A stretch of 57,683 nucleotides of DNA from an uncultured Bacteroidales bacterium (GCA_964488495.1 CAZAUQ010000006.1:1-57683), one strand, 5' to 3'; shown: positions 39,995-50,190, counted from the first letter of the stretch. Notes: a model not told the origin generated them from the letters alone. A program made the numbers and translations.

Positions 39995-42199
39995 CTACAA
40001 CAAACTCCAGGCAACAGTCAATCCGGCCATGACGATGGAAACCATACTCATCAGTTTAATAAGTATGTTCAGGCTGGGGCCGGAAGTGTCTTTGAAAGGG
40101 TCGCCAACGGTATCGCCAACCACTGTGGCTTTGTGGGCATCGCTACCTTTTCCTCCGTAATTTCCTTCTTCGATATATTTTTTAGCATTATCCCAGGCTC
40201 CGCCTGAATTAGCCATAAAAACGGCCATAATAAATCCGGTACTCAAGCCTCCGATTAATAAACCCATAACACCGGTGACTCCGAAGATCAATCCTGTCAA
40301 AATGGGTGCTGCAATGGCAAGTAGAGAGGGGAAAAGCATTTCGCGTTGGGCGCCTTTGGTGGAAATCTCCACACAACGGGCGTAATCGGGACAGGCTTCA
40401 CCGGTCAGAATGCCTTTGATTTCGCGGAATTGACGCCGGACTTCTTCGACCATCTTTTGAGCAGCCCTGCCCACGGCATTCATGGTTAAGCCGCAGAAAA
40501 CAAAAGTCATCATTGAGCCTATAAACATCCCTACCAACACTTTGGGATTCATCAAATGAACTTCGTAATAAGCCATAAAGTCACTAAAGCTGGCGCTGGC
40601 TGTTTGAATAATTTTGTCGCCCACTTCTATGGTGGTAGTGCCAAGCCTTTCAAGCCCGATTTTAATTTCTTCGATGTAGGAAGCCAGCAGCGCGAGTCCT
40701 GTCAATGCAGCAGAACCTATGGCAAATCCCTTGCCGGTGGCAGCAGTAGTGTTGCCCAGTGAATCCAGGGCATCGGTGCGTTTGCGTACTTCGGGCTCCA
40801 GACAGCTCATTTCCGCATTACCGCCGGCGTTGTCAGCAATAGGCCCGTAAGCGTCGGTGGCCAGGGTGATACCCAGGGTGGAGAGCATACCTACAGACGC
40901 CAAACCAATGCCGTATAAACCGCTGGAAATATGTTCAAAACTAAATGTGCCCAGCTTAAATCCGGAAGCAAACAAAAAAGCAAAAATCACCCCGCAAACA
41001 ACCGAAATTACAGGAATGGCAACAGAGAGCATACCCGTCCCCAGGCCGGCAATAATGACTGTGGCAGGGCCGGTTTTGCCGCTTTCGGCAATGCGTTTGG
41101 TTGGTCTGTACGACTGAGAGGTATAGTATTCAGCGGACTGGCCTATTATTATGCCAACCAGCAAACCTACAACCACCGAAAGTGACAGCCCCAGCCAGTT
41201 TTCAATCCCCAGCAAATAGAGAATCAGGAAACTGGCTCCTGCAATCAGCACTGCACTCAGGTTTGTGCCAAAAGCCAGAGAACGCAGCAGAGATTTAACT
41301 CCGGCATTTTCTTTGGTTTTGACCAGAAATATACCGATGATGGATAAAAAGATGCCAACGGCAGCAATCAGCATGGGAGCCAAAATGGCTTTACCTTGTT
41401 GCTCAAGACTGAGAACCTGGTATGAAGCTGCTCCAAGAGCAGCCGAAGCCAGAATGGAACCACAATAGGATTCGTAGAGATCAGCTCCCATACCGGCAAC
41501 ATCACCAACGTTGTCGCCTACATTGTCGGCAATGGTGGCCGGATTGCGGGGATCGTCTTCGGGAATGCCGGCTTCCACTTTGCCCACCAGATCGGCGCCT
41601 ACGTCAGCTGCCTTGGTGTATATGCCACCGCCTACACGGGCAAACAAAGCCTGGGTAGAGGCACCCATACCAAAAGTCAACATGGTGGTGGTAATAATCA
41701 TATTTTTTTGTTCCGGGCTTGCCGCATCCACAAAATAATTCAAAATAAGGTACCAGATAGAAATATCAAGTAAAGCAAGTCCGACAACTACCAGGCCCAT
41801 GACAGCTCCGCTGCGAAAAGCCACCTGTAAGCCCTGGTTGAGGGAACTACGGGCAGCATGTGCTGTACGTGCAGATGCATAAGTAGCTGTTTTCATGCCC
41901 AGGAAGCCGGCCAGACCCGAGAAAAAACCACCGGTCAGAAAGGCAAAAGGCACCCAATTGTTCTGCAGACCGAAATAAGCCATCAGGGCAAAAATCAAGG
42001 CTAGTACTATAAAAACAATAATGACGACCTTGTATTGTTGTTTGAGATAAGACATTGCACCTTCGCGCACAAAACCGGCAATTTTTTTCATTATGTCGGT
42101 TCCTTCGTCTTTTTTCTTCATTTGCCTGTAGAAATACATAGCAAAAAATAAGGCTGTGACAGCCGCCAGCGGGATTAACCAAAAAAAAGTGTCTACCAT
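39995..42199 (-). CDS. hppA: Membrane-integral K+-dependent pyrophosphatase (Na+- or Na+,H+-translocating)
   Basis: [48 protein letters not shown] and [10 protein letters not shown]; ATG 42199 (MVDT) preferred. Confidence 0.96.
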   Translation of the reverse strand: MVDTFFWLIPLAAVTALFFAMYFYRQMKKKDEGTDIMKKIAGFVREGAMSYLKQQYKVVIIVFIVLALIFALMAYFGLQNNWVPFAFLTGGFFSGLAGFLGMKTATYASARTAHAARSSLNQGLQVAFRSGAVMGLVVVGLALLDISIWYLILNYFVDAASPEQKNMIITTTMLTFGMGASTQALFARVGGGIYTKAADVGADLVGKVEAGIPEDDPRNPATIADNVGDNVGDVAGMGADLYESYCGSILASAALGAASYQVLSLEQQGKAILAPMLIAAVGIFLSIIGIFLVKTKENAGVKSLLRSLAFGTNLSAVLIAGASFLILYLLGIENWLGLSLSVVVGLLVGIIIGQSAEYYTSQSYRPTKRIAESGKTGPATVIIAGLGTGMLSVAIPVISVVCGVIFAFLFASGFKLGTFSFEHISSGLYGIGLASVGMLSTLGITLATDAYGPIADNAGGNAEMSCLEPEVRKRTDALDSLGNTTAATGKGFAIGSAALTGLALLASYIEEIKIGLERLGTTTIEVGDKIIQTASASFSDFMAYYEVHLMNPKVLVGMFIGSMMTFVFCGLTMNAVGRAAQKMVEEVRRQFREIKGILTGEACPDYARCVEISTKGAQREMLFPSLLAIAAPILTGLIFGVTGVMGLLIGGLSTGFIMAVFMANSGGAWDNAKKYIEEGNYGGKGSDAHKATVVGDTVGDPFKDTSGPSLNILIKLMSMVSIVMAGLTVAWSLL

Positions 42200-42227
42200 G
42201 GTACTTTTCGTTAGATTCAATTTTAGA

Positions 42228-42235
42228 CAAAAATA
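42228..42235 (-). promoter_or_regulatory. -7 box TATTTTTG for hppA
   Basis: TAnnTTTG on the minus strand, 28 nt before ATG 42199. Confidence 0.55.
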
Positions 42236-42472
42236 GAAACTCCCTACGCAAATGACAACATATAAGCGGCATTTTATTTCAGCAATTATTTATTTAAAGA
42301 GAATGCTGTCTTATAAACCGATCTTTTTTATAACTTTGTGTGGCACAAATCGCATTGCGGACTGAACAAGAAATAAAGCTCAATAAAGTCCATAAAAATA
42401 GAGGAATAGCAACACGAATTAAAACATAGGAATCACAAAAGTAACTATTTATTAATATTTAACAGCCCTCTG

Positions 42473-42504
42473 TTTGCCGGTGGTAAAGTAGTATGTTATC
42501 TTTG
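42473..42504 (+). promoter_or_regulatory. Consensus recA promoter: TTTG-N20-TATCTTTG
   Basis: -33 TTTG at 42473-76 and -7 box at 42497-504. Confidence 0.75.
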
Positions 42505-42532
42505 ATTCGCAAACATCATAAACCTAACAAAT

Positions 42533-43549
42533 ATGTCAAAAGAACAAACAGAACAAAAAAGTCCTGCAGCTGAAAAACTGAAAGCCTTACAGATGGCTAT
42601 GGAAAAAATAGAAAAGAGCTACGGAAAAGGTTCCATTATGAAGATGGGAGACGATAAAGTAGTGGATGTGCCGGTTATTTCTTCCGGTTCCATCGGTTTG
42701 AATGCTGCCTTGGGAGTTGGGGGCTTTCCCCGGGGCCGGGTGATCGAAATATACGGCCCGGAATCGTCGGGTAAAACCACTCTGGCCATTCATGCCATCG
42801 CCGAAGCACAAAAAGCCGGAGGCATAGCTGCCTTTATTGATGCCGAGCATGCCTTTGACCGTTTTTATGCCGAAAAACTGGGTGTGGATATTGCCAATCT
42901 ATTGATCTCCCAGCCCGACAGCGGGGAACAGGCGCTCGAAATTGCCGAACAACTCATACGTTCTTCAGCCGTGGATATTGTCGTTATAGACTCTGTAGCT
43001 GCCCTCACTCCCAAAGCAGAGCTGGAAGGGGAAATGGGTGATTCAAAAGTAGGTCTTCAGGCTCGTTTAATGTCTCAGGCTTTGCGTAAGCTGACGGCTA
43101 CCATCAGCAAAACGAACACTACTTGCATTTTCATCAATCAACTGAGGGAAAAAATCGGTATCATGTTTGGTAATCCCGAAACAACCACCGGTGGTAATGC
43201 ACTCAAGTTCTACTCTTCGGTGCGCCTTGACATCCGTCGCATAGGGCAGATCAAAGACGGTGAAGAAATCATCGGTAATCAGACCAGAGTAAAAGTGGTC
43301 AAAAACAAAGTAGCTCCGCCTTTCCGAAAAGCAGAATTTGATATTATGTACGGCGGGGGCATTTCCAAAACCGGGGAATTGATCGATTTGGGTTCTGATT
43401 TAGGCATAATCAAAAAGAGCGGTTCCTGGTATGCCTACAAAGACAGCCGTCTGGGACAGGGTAGGGAAGCTGCCAAAGATTGCATGCGTGACAATCCTGA
43501 ATTAGCCGAAGAGATCGAAAAACAGATCTACGAAGCTCTTAAAAAATAG
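42533..43549 (+). CDS. recA: Recombinase RecA
   Basis: [42 protein letters not shown] and GGNALKFY. Confidence 0.99.
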   Translation: MSKEQTEQKSPAAEKLKALQMAMEKIEKSYGKGSIMKMGDDKVVDVPVISSGSIGLNAALGVGGFPRGRVIEIYGPESSGKTTLAIHAIAEAQKAGGIAAFIDAEHAFDRFYAEKLGVDIANLLISQPDSGEQALEIAEQLIRSSAVDIVVIDSVAALTPKAELEGEMGDSKVGLQARLMSQALRKLTATISKTNTTCIFINQLREKIGIMFGNPETTTGGNALKFYSSVRLDIRRIGQIKDGEEIIGNQTRVKVVKNKVAPPFRKAEFDIMYGGGISKTGELIDLGSDLGIIKKSGSWYAYKDSRLGQGREAAKDCMRDNPELAEEIEKQIYEALKK

Positions 43550-43579
43550 GACTTATAATTTACTTAAATCCATACAATT

Positions 43580-43909
43580 ATGAAAAGTGAAGAAGAAGAC
43601 CTGTTGGAATACGACGACGAAGAAGCCTTGAGTTTCATTCGCAATCAACTTCCTCAGGAAATGAAATCCAAACATAGTGATGACGATTATTACTATCTGT
43701 TGGACAGCATTTACGAATATTACGAGAGTAAGGGTTTTCTAAACGATGACGAGCAGGAAGTGTCCGTTGATCTTGATGAATTGAGTGATTTTGTCTATAA
43801 AGCAGCCAAAGAAGAAAAACTGAGTTTCAGCAGGGAAGAAGTAGGCTTTTTCGTAGATGCAGAAATCGCTTATTGCGAAAGCCTGGGTATATTTGAAACT
43901 GAAGAATAA
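43580..43909 (+). CDS. Highly acidic conserved hypothetical protein
   Basis: 109 aa with 34 D/E; A-rich initiation region; lies between recA and a strong terminator. Confidence 0.75.
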   Translation: MKSEEEDLLEYDDEEALSFIRNQLPQEMKSKHSDDDYYYLLDSIYEYYESKGFLNDDEQEVSVDLDELSDFVYKAAKEEKLSFSREEVGFFVDAEIAYCESLGIFETEE

Positions 43910-43955
43910 ATAAAAGCTTGAACGCTTCTTGCAATAAAGCGTTCAAGCTTTTATT
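43909..43955. terminator. Bidirectional intrinsic terminator
   Basis: 19-bp perfect inverted repeat AATAAAAGCTTGAACGCTT / AAGCGTTCAAGCTTTTATT between convergent genes. Confidence 0.88.
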
Positions 43956-43995
43956 CTCTTTTTGGGTTGGTTTAGCTTATTCGGAGTATTCGATT

Positions 43996-44436
43996 CTAAG
44001 CTTGTTTTTCTGTTGCCGGTTTTTCTGTTGCCGGTTCTTCCTCTTTAACAGGAGCAAATTCCGTATAGCCTTTTTCAATCAGTAAATTATACCAATTCAG
44101 CAATTTCCGGATATCGGAAGGATAAACCCTTTCTCTGTCGTAATCGGGCAATACACCGGCAAAAAAGGCTCTGAGTTCGTCGTTGCCGGCTTTGGGATCG
44201 ATACTGAGTTTTTCTCCGCCTGACTGGGTTTTGAGCAATTCCAATACTTCGTGCAAAGGCTTTTCTCCGTTTTCGGTATACATCGAAATTTCCCCCAGGG
44301 ACATAATTTTATCTTTGCTGTAGGCGGGCATTCTTTTGCCGTCGACCAATGATTCTACTATCAGCATATTCTTGCCCTGGCTGAGCATTTTATACAAACC
44401 AGGTTTGCCTGAAACGGCGACAATTTTTTTCAACAT
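43996..44436 (-). CDS. DUF5606-family protein
   Basis: IVAVSGKPGLYK, LIVESL, SLGEISMYT and PDYDRERVYPSDIRKLLNWYNLL. Confidence 0.8.
   Translation of the reverse strand: MLKKIVAVSGKPGLYKMLSQGKNMLIVESLVDGKRMPAYSKDKIMSLGEISMYTENGEKPLHEVLELLKTQSGGEKLSIDPKAGNDELRAFFAGVLPDYDRERVYPSDIRKLLNWYNLLIEKGYTEFAPVKEEEPATEKPATEKQA
44006..44035. repeat. 15-bp tandem duplication (TTTTCTGTTGCCGGT x2) encoding PATEK PATEK
   Basis: Two exact adjacent copies in the disordered C-terminus of the DUF5606 gene. Confidence 0.8.
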
Positions 44437-44503
44437 CTTGGTAATTAATTTTTTTGGTGAGTTATTACATTAATTAAAGAAATCTTCTAGTAAGGGTATT
44501 TTT

Positions 44504-45088
44504 TTAGTTTTGTATTTTTTTTATCAATTCTGTAACCTGGGGTAACAAAGCAAGCTGACCGTCGTTATTTATGACAAAATCGGCTTTTGATATCAGCAAA
44601 TCCTGCGGCAACTGCCGACGGATACGTTCTCTTACCTGCTCCGGACTCCAGCCTTTGTAGCGGCAAACCCGTTCAATGCGCAAATTCTCGGTTGCGGTAA
44701 CCACTGCTACATAGTCGCTGAATTTGTCCAGTCCTGCTTCGTACAAAAGGGCGGTTTCGTGCACAAGCAAGGGGTAATCCCTGTGTGCATCTTTCCATTC
44801 ACCGAAGTATTCAATCACAGCCGGATGAACCAGCTCATTTAATTGAGCAAGTCGTACAGGATCATTAAAGACGATGGAAGCCAATAGTTTGGTATTTAGT
44901 TGGCTTTTTTCGTCAAAAATTTCCTTGCCAAACAAGTCAACAAGTCCCCTGCGCAGGGCAGGACTTTTTTGGTACAGCTCTTTGGCCGCAGAATCAGCAT
45001 CGAAGACAGGAATACCCAGTACTCTGAATATTTCTGCAACAGTCGATTTGCCACTGCCAATGCCGCCGGTCAGAGCCAGGATTTTCAT
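44504..45088 (-). CDS. coaE: Dephospho-CoA kinase
   Basis: LTGGIGSGKSTV, DADSAAK, LNELVHP and ADFVINN. Confidence 0.95.
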   Translation of the reverse strand: MKILALTGGIGSGKSTVAEIFRVLGIPVFDADSAAKELYQKSPALRRGLVDLFGKEIFDEKSQLNTKLLASIVFNDPVRLAQLNELVHPAVIEYFGEWKDAHRDYPLLVHETALLYEAGLDKFSDYVAVVTATENLRIERVCRYKGWSPEQVRERIRRQLPQDLLISKADFVINNDGQLALLPQVTELIKKIQN

Positions 45089-45095
45089 CGGGAAA

Positions 45096-46094
45096 TTATT
45101 TTTTTTCGATCAGACATTCAACCTTATCCGGGTGTAGGCTGAGCCGCCGCACATAATCCGGTATCTTTATCAATTTAATGCTTTGCAGGTCTTCGTTCGA
45201 TTCGATTAAATCGCGATAAGAAATGCCCAGGTGGAAATCCTCCGGTTTGACCAATGGATAATTGGACTTGCTGAGTAAAAAAGAAACCGTCACTTTCGAT
45301 GGGAAGGAACGTAAGTGCAGATTCTCGGGGAAATCCAGTCCCATAACGGGAATTTCGTAACGAACCTCAGTGAATTCTTCTACCTGCAAATGTACTCGTA
45401 CAGTAGCCTGAGAAAAATGGACGCCTTCTATGGTCTTGAGTTTTACATTCATACTGATAGAATCTTTCAGTACGGGTAATTCCAGGAGTTCGGTTTCTAC
45501 CAGCCTGAGGGTATCTAAGATGGATGAAGGAGCGTAGGCTCTTATAAATGCAGGTTGTACAGAAGGTTCATCAACCAGCATATATTGCCGTGAAAGGCCT
45601 ATCTGGGCATTCAGTTTGATGGGGAGGTCTTTTTGTTCTTTTTCGACAAAATACAGAATCAGGCTGTCCGGGCTAATCCTTAGTATCTGAGCGCTTGGTT
45701 TAAGTTTTGCAAAAAGGACAGGTTTTAGTTGTTCAAGTGGAATTCTGCTAATACCTTCTTCCGCACGCCAACGCATTAAATCAAGCTCAAGGCTGAGTTT
45801 TCGCCGGTGGGTAAAATAATTATAAAGATGACTGCCCTTGTCTCGTACGGTTACTTTTATGTTGGCAGGTAATTCATTGGTTATGAATACGTTTTCGGGT
45901 AGTTTTCCGTATTGTAAAGGAATGGATATTTCTGCTTGCGAAGTAGCCTGAGTGCTTTGAAGAAACCAAAATAAAATAGATAGCCCCAAAAACAACAGAA
46001 AAACATAAAACTCCTTGTTCTTGTTCAAAAACAGGAGATTATATGTTTTTCTGAAAAATTTTCGGACCAGGGTCCATTTTTTTTTGAAATCCAT
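45096..46094 (-). CDS. YbbR/CdaR-like domain membrane protein
   Basis: N-terminal TM helix (FLLFLGLSILFWFL) followed by repeated beta domains (VEEFTE, FPSKVTV); conserved between yajC and coaE. Confidence 0.75.
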   Translation of the reverse strand: MDFKKKWTLVRKFFRKTYNLLFLNKNKEFYVFLLFLGLSILFWFLQSTQATSQAEISIPLQYGKLPENVFITNELPANIKVTVRDKGSHLYNYFTHRRKLSLELDLMRWRAEEGISRIPLEQLKPVLFAKLKPSAQILRISPDSLILYFVEKEQKDLPIKLNAQIGLSRQYMLVDEPSVQPAFIRAYAPSSILDTLRLVETELLELPVLKDSISMNVKLKTIEGVHFSQATVRVHLQVEEFTEVRYEIPVMGLDFPENLHLRSFPSKVTVSFLLSKSNYPLVKPEDFHLGISYRDLIESNEDLQSIKLIKIPDYVRRLSLHPDKVECLIEKK

Positions 46095-46450
46095 TATTTT
46101 GAAGGGTTGGCAGCAGGTTCGCCAGCAGCGAATACCGCTGTTTTCTCTATACGTATACGAACATTTTCCGAGATTTCAACTATAAAAGCATCGTCCTTAA
46201 TGTCGCGAATTTTGCCGTAAATTCCGCCGGAGGTTACTACGCGGTCACCTACCTGCAGGGCGGCACGGGCTTTTTGAATTTCTTTTTGTTTCTTGTTTTG
46301 CGGGCGGATCATAAACAACCAGATAACCACAAAAATCAAAATAAGCGGCAAGAATTGCATAAAACCACTTTTGGGTGCTTGGGCAGCCGTTTCAGTACCC
46401 GCCTGGGTAGCTGTCTCGGCAACAGCTTGTAATAAAATAAATAAATTCAT
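46094..46450 (-). CDS. yajC: Preprotein translocase subunit YajC
   Basis: FMIRPQNKKQKE and GDRVVTSGGIYGKI. Confidence 0.95.
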   Translation of the reverse strand: MNLFILLQAVAETATQAGTETAAQAPKSGFMQFLPLILIFVVIWLFMIRPQNKKQKEIQKARAALQVGDRVVTSGGIYGKIRDIKDDAFIVEISENVRIRIEKTAVFAAGEPAANPSK

Positions 46451-46475
46451 AACAATTGAGATTAAAAATTAAAAA

Positions 46476-47402
46476 TCAGGCTTTAAATAATTTGTTTTCT
46501 TTTTTAAGTTCCTGGACTATATGATCCAGGGTCCCGTTGATAAATAAACCACTTTTTTCGGTGCTGTAGCTTTTGGCAATATCAATGTACTCATTAAAAC
46601 TGACACTTAGAGGAATATTTTCTATTTCCAAAATTTCGGCCAGGGCTACTTGCAAAATAATTAAGTCCATAAGGGCCAGGCGTTCCAGCTCCCAGTTTTG
46701 AACAGCTTCGGTAATTATACTTCTGTATTCTTCGGCATGCTTAATGGAAGCCCTGAATAAATCAAGCGCGAACTGACGGTCGCTTTCGTCTTTGTACATG
46801 GGTAAAAGCGCCTGGCTTGCGCCTTTGTCCTGCTCAAAGCGCTTGATGGTTTTCAGTACGAAAGTAAGAACAATGTTCAAATCGTCGTTCCAATAGATGG
46901 ATTGCTCTTCCATGGCTTCTTCCAGATAACTATTGTTTTGGATGATTTGTTTGAATATTTTGCGCCAGATTTCTTTGTCGGCTTCGTAGCTGTTGTTTTC
47001 AGCTTGCATATATTCAATGTAAAAGGGAGCAGCCTGAATCTGATCGTACATTTTTTTTATCAATCCCTCGTAGGGAGCCCAGGATAATTTTCTGTTGTTT
47101 ATCTCATGTTTGAAGCAGGTATTTTGCCTGAGTTGAGCCAAAAAAGCATTGTTGACAAAACGTAAATTCGGATTTTGTTCCTCCGGACTGGGCAGGTATT
47201 TACTGCGGGCCAGGTCGATGCGTTGTTCGGCATAATAACTAATATCCGAAACCAGCAACAAAAGATATAAATACAGATCATAGGTTTTTTCTAAACTAAA
47301 AAATAATTCCTTTTCGGCTTTTGCCAGGTTTTCGTTGTTGTTCTGGTGACATGCATACACCATTTGCAATACCTTGGTACGAATAAGAACGCGGTTGATC
47401 AT
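46476..47402 (-). CDS. nusB: Transcription antitermination factor NusB (long Bacteroidota form)
   Basis: Start at ATG 47402 (MINRVLIRTKVLQ); C-terminal NWELERLALMD, NEYIDIAKSYST and FINGTLD. Confidence 0.93.
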   Translation of the reverse strand: MINRVLIRTKVLQMVYACHQNNNENLAKAEKELFFSLEKTYDLYLYLLLLVSDISYYAEQRIDLARSKYLPSPEEQNPNLRFVNNAFLAQLRQNTCFKHEINNRKLSWAPYEGLIKKMYDQIQAAPFYIEYMQAENNSYEADKEIWRKIFKQIIQNNSYLEEAMEEQSIYWNDDLNIVLTFVLKTIKRFEQDKGASQALLPMYKDESDRQFALDLFRASIKHAEEYRSIITEAVQNWELERLALMDLIILQVALAEILEIENIPLSVSFNEYIDIAKSYSTEKSGLFINGTLDHIVQELKKENKLFKA

Positions 47403-47429
47403 TATGAAATATACAAAAAAACAATGCCA

Positions 47430-47487
47430 CAAAGATAATATATTTTACTAAGAAGATTGCATCCTAAAAATATTATGTCTAATTTTG
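47430..47487. promoter_or_regulatory. Divergent -7 boxes: TATCTTTG (minus, 47430-37, nusB) and TAATTTTG (plus, 47480-87, DUF3276)
   Basis: Both match TAnnTTTG in the divergent spacer. Confidence 0.6.
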
Positions 47488-47545
47488 AAATCCGATCTAA
47501 AGCAACTCTGGTTGAACCTTTTATCGATTTTATTTATGTAATACC

Positions 47546-47932
47546 ATGAAAACAGACACAGAGGATACTAAGAAAGTAGACAAAGACATCGTTTATAACA
47601 AAACAGTAAAAGCAGGTAAACGCATCTATTATTTTGATGTAAAGAAAAGCCGAAATAACGAAATGTATATGGCGATTACCGAAAGTAAAAAAATTGTAAG
47701 CGGCGATTTACTCACTCCGGATATAAGTTTCGAGAAACATAAAATATTTCTTTATCACGAAGATATGTCCAATTTTGCCGAAGCTCTTCTTCAGGTGACC
47801 CAATTCATTAAAGAAAGACAAGCACCACCTCCGCCCCGGGAACAATATTGGAAAAAGAGGGAAGAAGCCGACCAAAGTAGTCTGGATGAGGACGACCACC
47901 TTAAGGATTTAAGCAACTCCGGAGATCAATAG
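47546..47932 (+). CDS. PUR-family (DUF3276) DNA/RNA-binding protein
   Basis: VKAGKRIYYFDVK, YMAITESKK and FEKHKIFLYHED. Confidence 0.85.
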   Translation: MKTDTEDTKKVDKDIVYNKTVKAGKRIYYFDVKKSRNNEMYMAITESKKIVSGDLLTPDISFEKHKIFLYHEDMSNFAEALLQVTQFIKERQAPPPPREQYWKKREEADQSSLDEDDHLKDLSNSGDQ

Positions 47933-47956
47933 AGGCTAAAAATTTCACAGGTAGTG

Positions 47957-47987
47957 TTTGTTGCTATAAATCTTTTAATTACCTTTG
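47957..47987 (+). promoter_or_regulatory. Consensus rplY promoter: TTTG-N19-TACCTTTG
   Basis: -33 TTTG at 47957-60 and -7 box at 47980-87; implies a leader of about 70-75 nt. Confidence 0.8.
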
Positions 47988-48007
47988 CGCCGCTTTTGAC
48001 TAAACCC

Positions 48008-48054
48008 GTGTGATGGGAAAATTTAAAAGCCTGTTTTAAATTTTTGAGTAACAC
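48008..48054 (+). promoter_or_regulatory. Candidate L25 ribosomal-protein leader RNA mimicking 5S rRNA loop E
   Basis: GUGU-GAUGG-G-AAAAUUUAAAA-GCCUG-UUUUAAAUUUU-U-GAGUA-ACAC: a 4-bp outer stem, a GAUGG/GAGUA symmetric internal loop and a 12-bp inner stem. Confidence 0.7.
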
Positions 48055-48066
48055 AATTCAATCACA

Positions 48067-48657
48067 ATGAAAACTTTAGAACTTAATGGCAGCCCGAGAG
48101 CCGATTTCGGGAAAAAAGCCTCAAAAAACGTTCGCAATAGCGGTAACGTACCCTGTGTGCTTTACGGAGGTGAAGAAAACCTGCATTTCCAGGTTAAAAA
48201 AGAAGATTTGCGCGCTTTACTTATTACTCCTGCAGTTCATCTGGTAAAACTTAGCATTGCAGACAAGGCTTATATGTCAATACTGCAGGACGTACAGTAT
48301 CATCCTGTCAGCGATGATCCTCTGCATCTTGATTTTTTGCAAATATTCGAAGATAAACCCATCGTAATTGAAGTTCCGGTCAAACTTAATGGTTTGGCAG
48401 CCGGTGTTAAGGGGGGCGGTAAATTGAGTCTGGATATGCGTAAACTCAAAGTGAAAGCTTTGTATAAATACATTCCTGATTTTCTGGAGATTGACATCAC
48501 CAACTTAGAGCTGGGCAAAACAGTACAGGTGGGTGACCTCAAGTTTGACAATATGGAACTGATGAACGCCAAAAATGCTGTGGTTTGTGCCGTCAAACTG
48601 ACTCGTGTAGCCAGAGGTATAGCTGCTGCTACTTCTACAGGTCCGTCCGAAAGCTAA
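48067..48657 (+). CDS. rplY: 50S ribosomal protein L25 / Ctc
   Basis: [32 protein letters not shown] and GVKGGG. Confidence 0.96.
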   Translation: MKTLELNGSPRADFGKKASKNVRNSGNVPCVLYGGEENLHFQVKKEDLRALLITPAVHLVKLSIADKAYMSILQDVQYHPVSDDPLHLDFLQIFEDKPIVIEVPVKLNGLAAGVKGGGKLSLDMRKLKVKALYKYIPDFLEIDITNLELGKTVQVGDLKFDNMELMNAKNAVVCAVKLTRVARGIAAATSTGPSES

Positions 48658-48662
48658 ACAGA

Positions 48663-49226
48663 ATGAAATACCTGATTGCTGGTTTGGGAAATATTGGTGA
48701 GACCTATCAACATACCCGACATAACATCGGATTTGACATATTGGACGCTTTCTCGGAAGCGTCCAATCTTGTTTTTGAGCAAAAGCGTTATGGCGCAGTG
48801 GCAGAAGGCCGGCTCAAGAACAAGCAGTTTGTTTTGCTGAAACCCTCCACATATATGAATCTCAGCGGTAACGCCGTGCGTTATTGGCTACAGGCCGAAA
48901 AAATTCCCTTGGAAAATTTGCTGGTAGTGGTGGATGATCTGGCGCTGCCTTTTGGCAGAATACGCCTGCGCCCTGACGGAGGTAATGCCGGTCACAACGG
49001 ACTAAGTCACATTCAGGAGAGCCTGGGTACCGAAAAATACGCCCGTTTGCGTTTCGGCATAGGCAATGATTTTCCTCCGGGAACTCAGGTAGATTATGTG
49101 TTAAGCGGCTGGACTGCCGAACAATTGGAAACATTACCCGAGAGGATAAATCAGGCTGTAGAAATAATCCAAAGCTTTTGCCTGACCGGCATTCAGCTTA
49201 CCATGACCAGGTACAACCGTAAATAA
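48663..49226 (+). CDS. pth: Peptidyl-tRNA hydrolase
   Basis: ATG 48663; [33 protein letters not shown] and RLRFGIG. Confidence 0.96.
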   Translation: MKYLIAGLGNIGETYQHTRHNIGFDILDAFSEASNLVFEQKRYGAVAEGRLKNKQFVLLKPSTYMNLSGNAVRYWLQAEKIPLENLLVVVDDLALPFGRIRLRPDGGNAGHNGLSHIQESLGTEKYARLRFGIGNDFPPGTQVDYVLSGWTAEQLETLPERINQAVEIIQSFCLTGIQLTMTRYNRK

Positions 49227-49228
49227 AC

Positions 49229-49618
49229 ATGGAACACAGCGTACGCATTGACAAATGGCTGTGGTCTGCCCGTATCTACAAGACCAGAACACTGGCCACC
49301 GATGCCTGTCGCAAAGGCCAGGTAAGTATAGCCGGGCAAAAAGTAAAACCCTCAAGAATGGTGAGCGAAGGTGAAATACTCAGCGTACGCAAAAATCCTA
49401 TTACTCTGACGCTTAAAATACTGAGCCCTATTCAGAACCGAGTTTCCGCAAAATTAATTTCGGAGGTCCTGTTGGATCTGACTCCTGCCGAAGAATTCGA
49501 TATGCTTGAATTGGCACAGATTGCGAGCTTTGGCAAGCGAACTGCCGGCAGCGGCCGTCCTACCAAAAAGGAACGTCGTGACCTGGAAAGTTTTTTGGAC
49601 AGCGACGAGGAGTCATAA
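49229..49618 (+). CDS. hslR: S4-domain RNA-binding protein (Hsp15)
   Basis: RIDKWLWSARIYKTR, KPSR and GRPTKKERR. Confidence 0.9.
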   Translation: MEHSVRIDKWLWSARIYKTRTLATDACRKGQVSIAGQKVKPSRMVSEGEILSVRKNPITLTLKILSPIQNRVSAKLISEVLLDLTPAEEFDMLELAQIASFGKRTAGSGRPTKKERRDLESFLDSDEES

Positions 49619-49662
49619 TAATAAGACCCGATCAGTTCAAAGCATATGGCAATAAGCTAAAA

Positions 49663-50190
49663 TCAGGGGGCAATCAGCTGAAATACAGCAATATCTTTGT
49701 ATTTTTCCAGCCCCATATTCCAATCTTTCAGCAGACCGCTTTGCTCAAAACCCAGTTTGCCAAAAAGAGCCAGGCTGCCTGTGTTTTCAACAGGGATATA
49801 GGCATATAGCTGATGAATGTGCAGAAAACCAAAAGCGAATTCTGTCAGCAGTTTCAAAGCCTGAGTGGCATAACCCTTGCGCTGATACGCCCTGTCAATC
49901 AGAATGCCTGCGCCGGCGCGGTTGTGGTATGGGTCAAAATCGTATAGATCAATAGTGCCAATTATACATTCTTCCTTTTTGTTTTCTATCATAAAACGCA
50001 ATTGCCTGGAAACAAAAATGTTTTGTTCTGCCTGACTTATGTATTGAAGCAGGGTGTATTTAGAAAAAGGCGAAAGAGTGCTGCCGTATTGCCAGAGATC
50101 GGGGTCGTTTTCGCAGCGGTAGAGGAATTCCAGGTCTTCGGGTTCGGGCGCTCGTAAACGCAGTTGCTCGTTTTGCAGGAAAGTTTTCAT
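49663..50190 (-). CDS. GNAT acetyltransferase (RimJ/RimL/SpeG-like)
   Basis: LRAPEPEDL, IGTIDLYDFDP..RAGAGI, QRKGYA and N..SLALF. Confidence 0.88.
   Translation of the reverse strand: MKTFLQNEQLRLRAPEPEDLEFLYRCENDPDLWQYGSTLSPFSKYTLLQYISQAEQNIFVSRQLRFMIENKKEECIIGTIDLYDFDPYHNRAGAGILIDRAYQRKGYATQALKLLTEFAFGFLHIHQLYAYIPVENTGSLALFGKLGFEQSGLLKDWNMGLEKYKDIAVFQLIAP

Noticed and set aside
42340-42429. 29-codon GTG ORF (VAQIALRTEQ...) upstream of recA
   Set aside because: It starts 1 nt after the -7 box, before a plausible TSS, and has no recognisable features.
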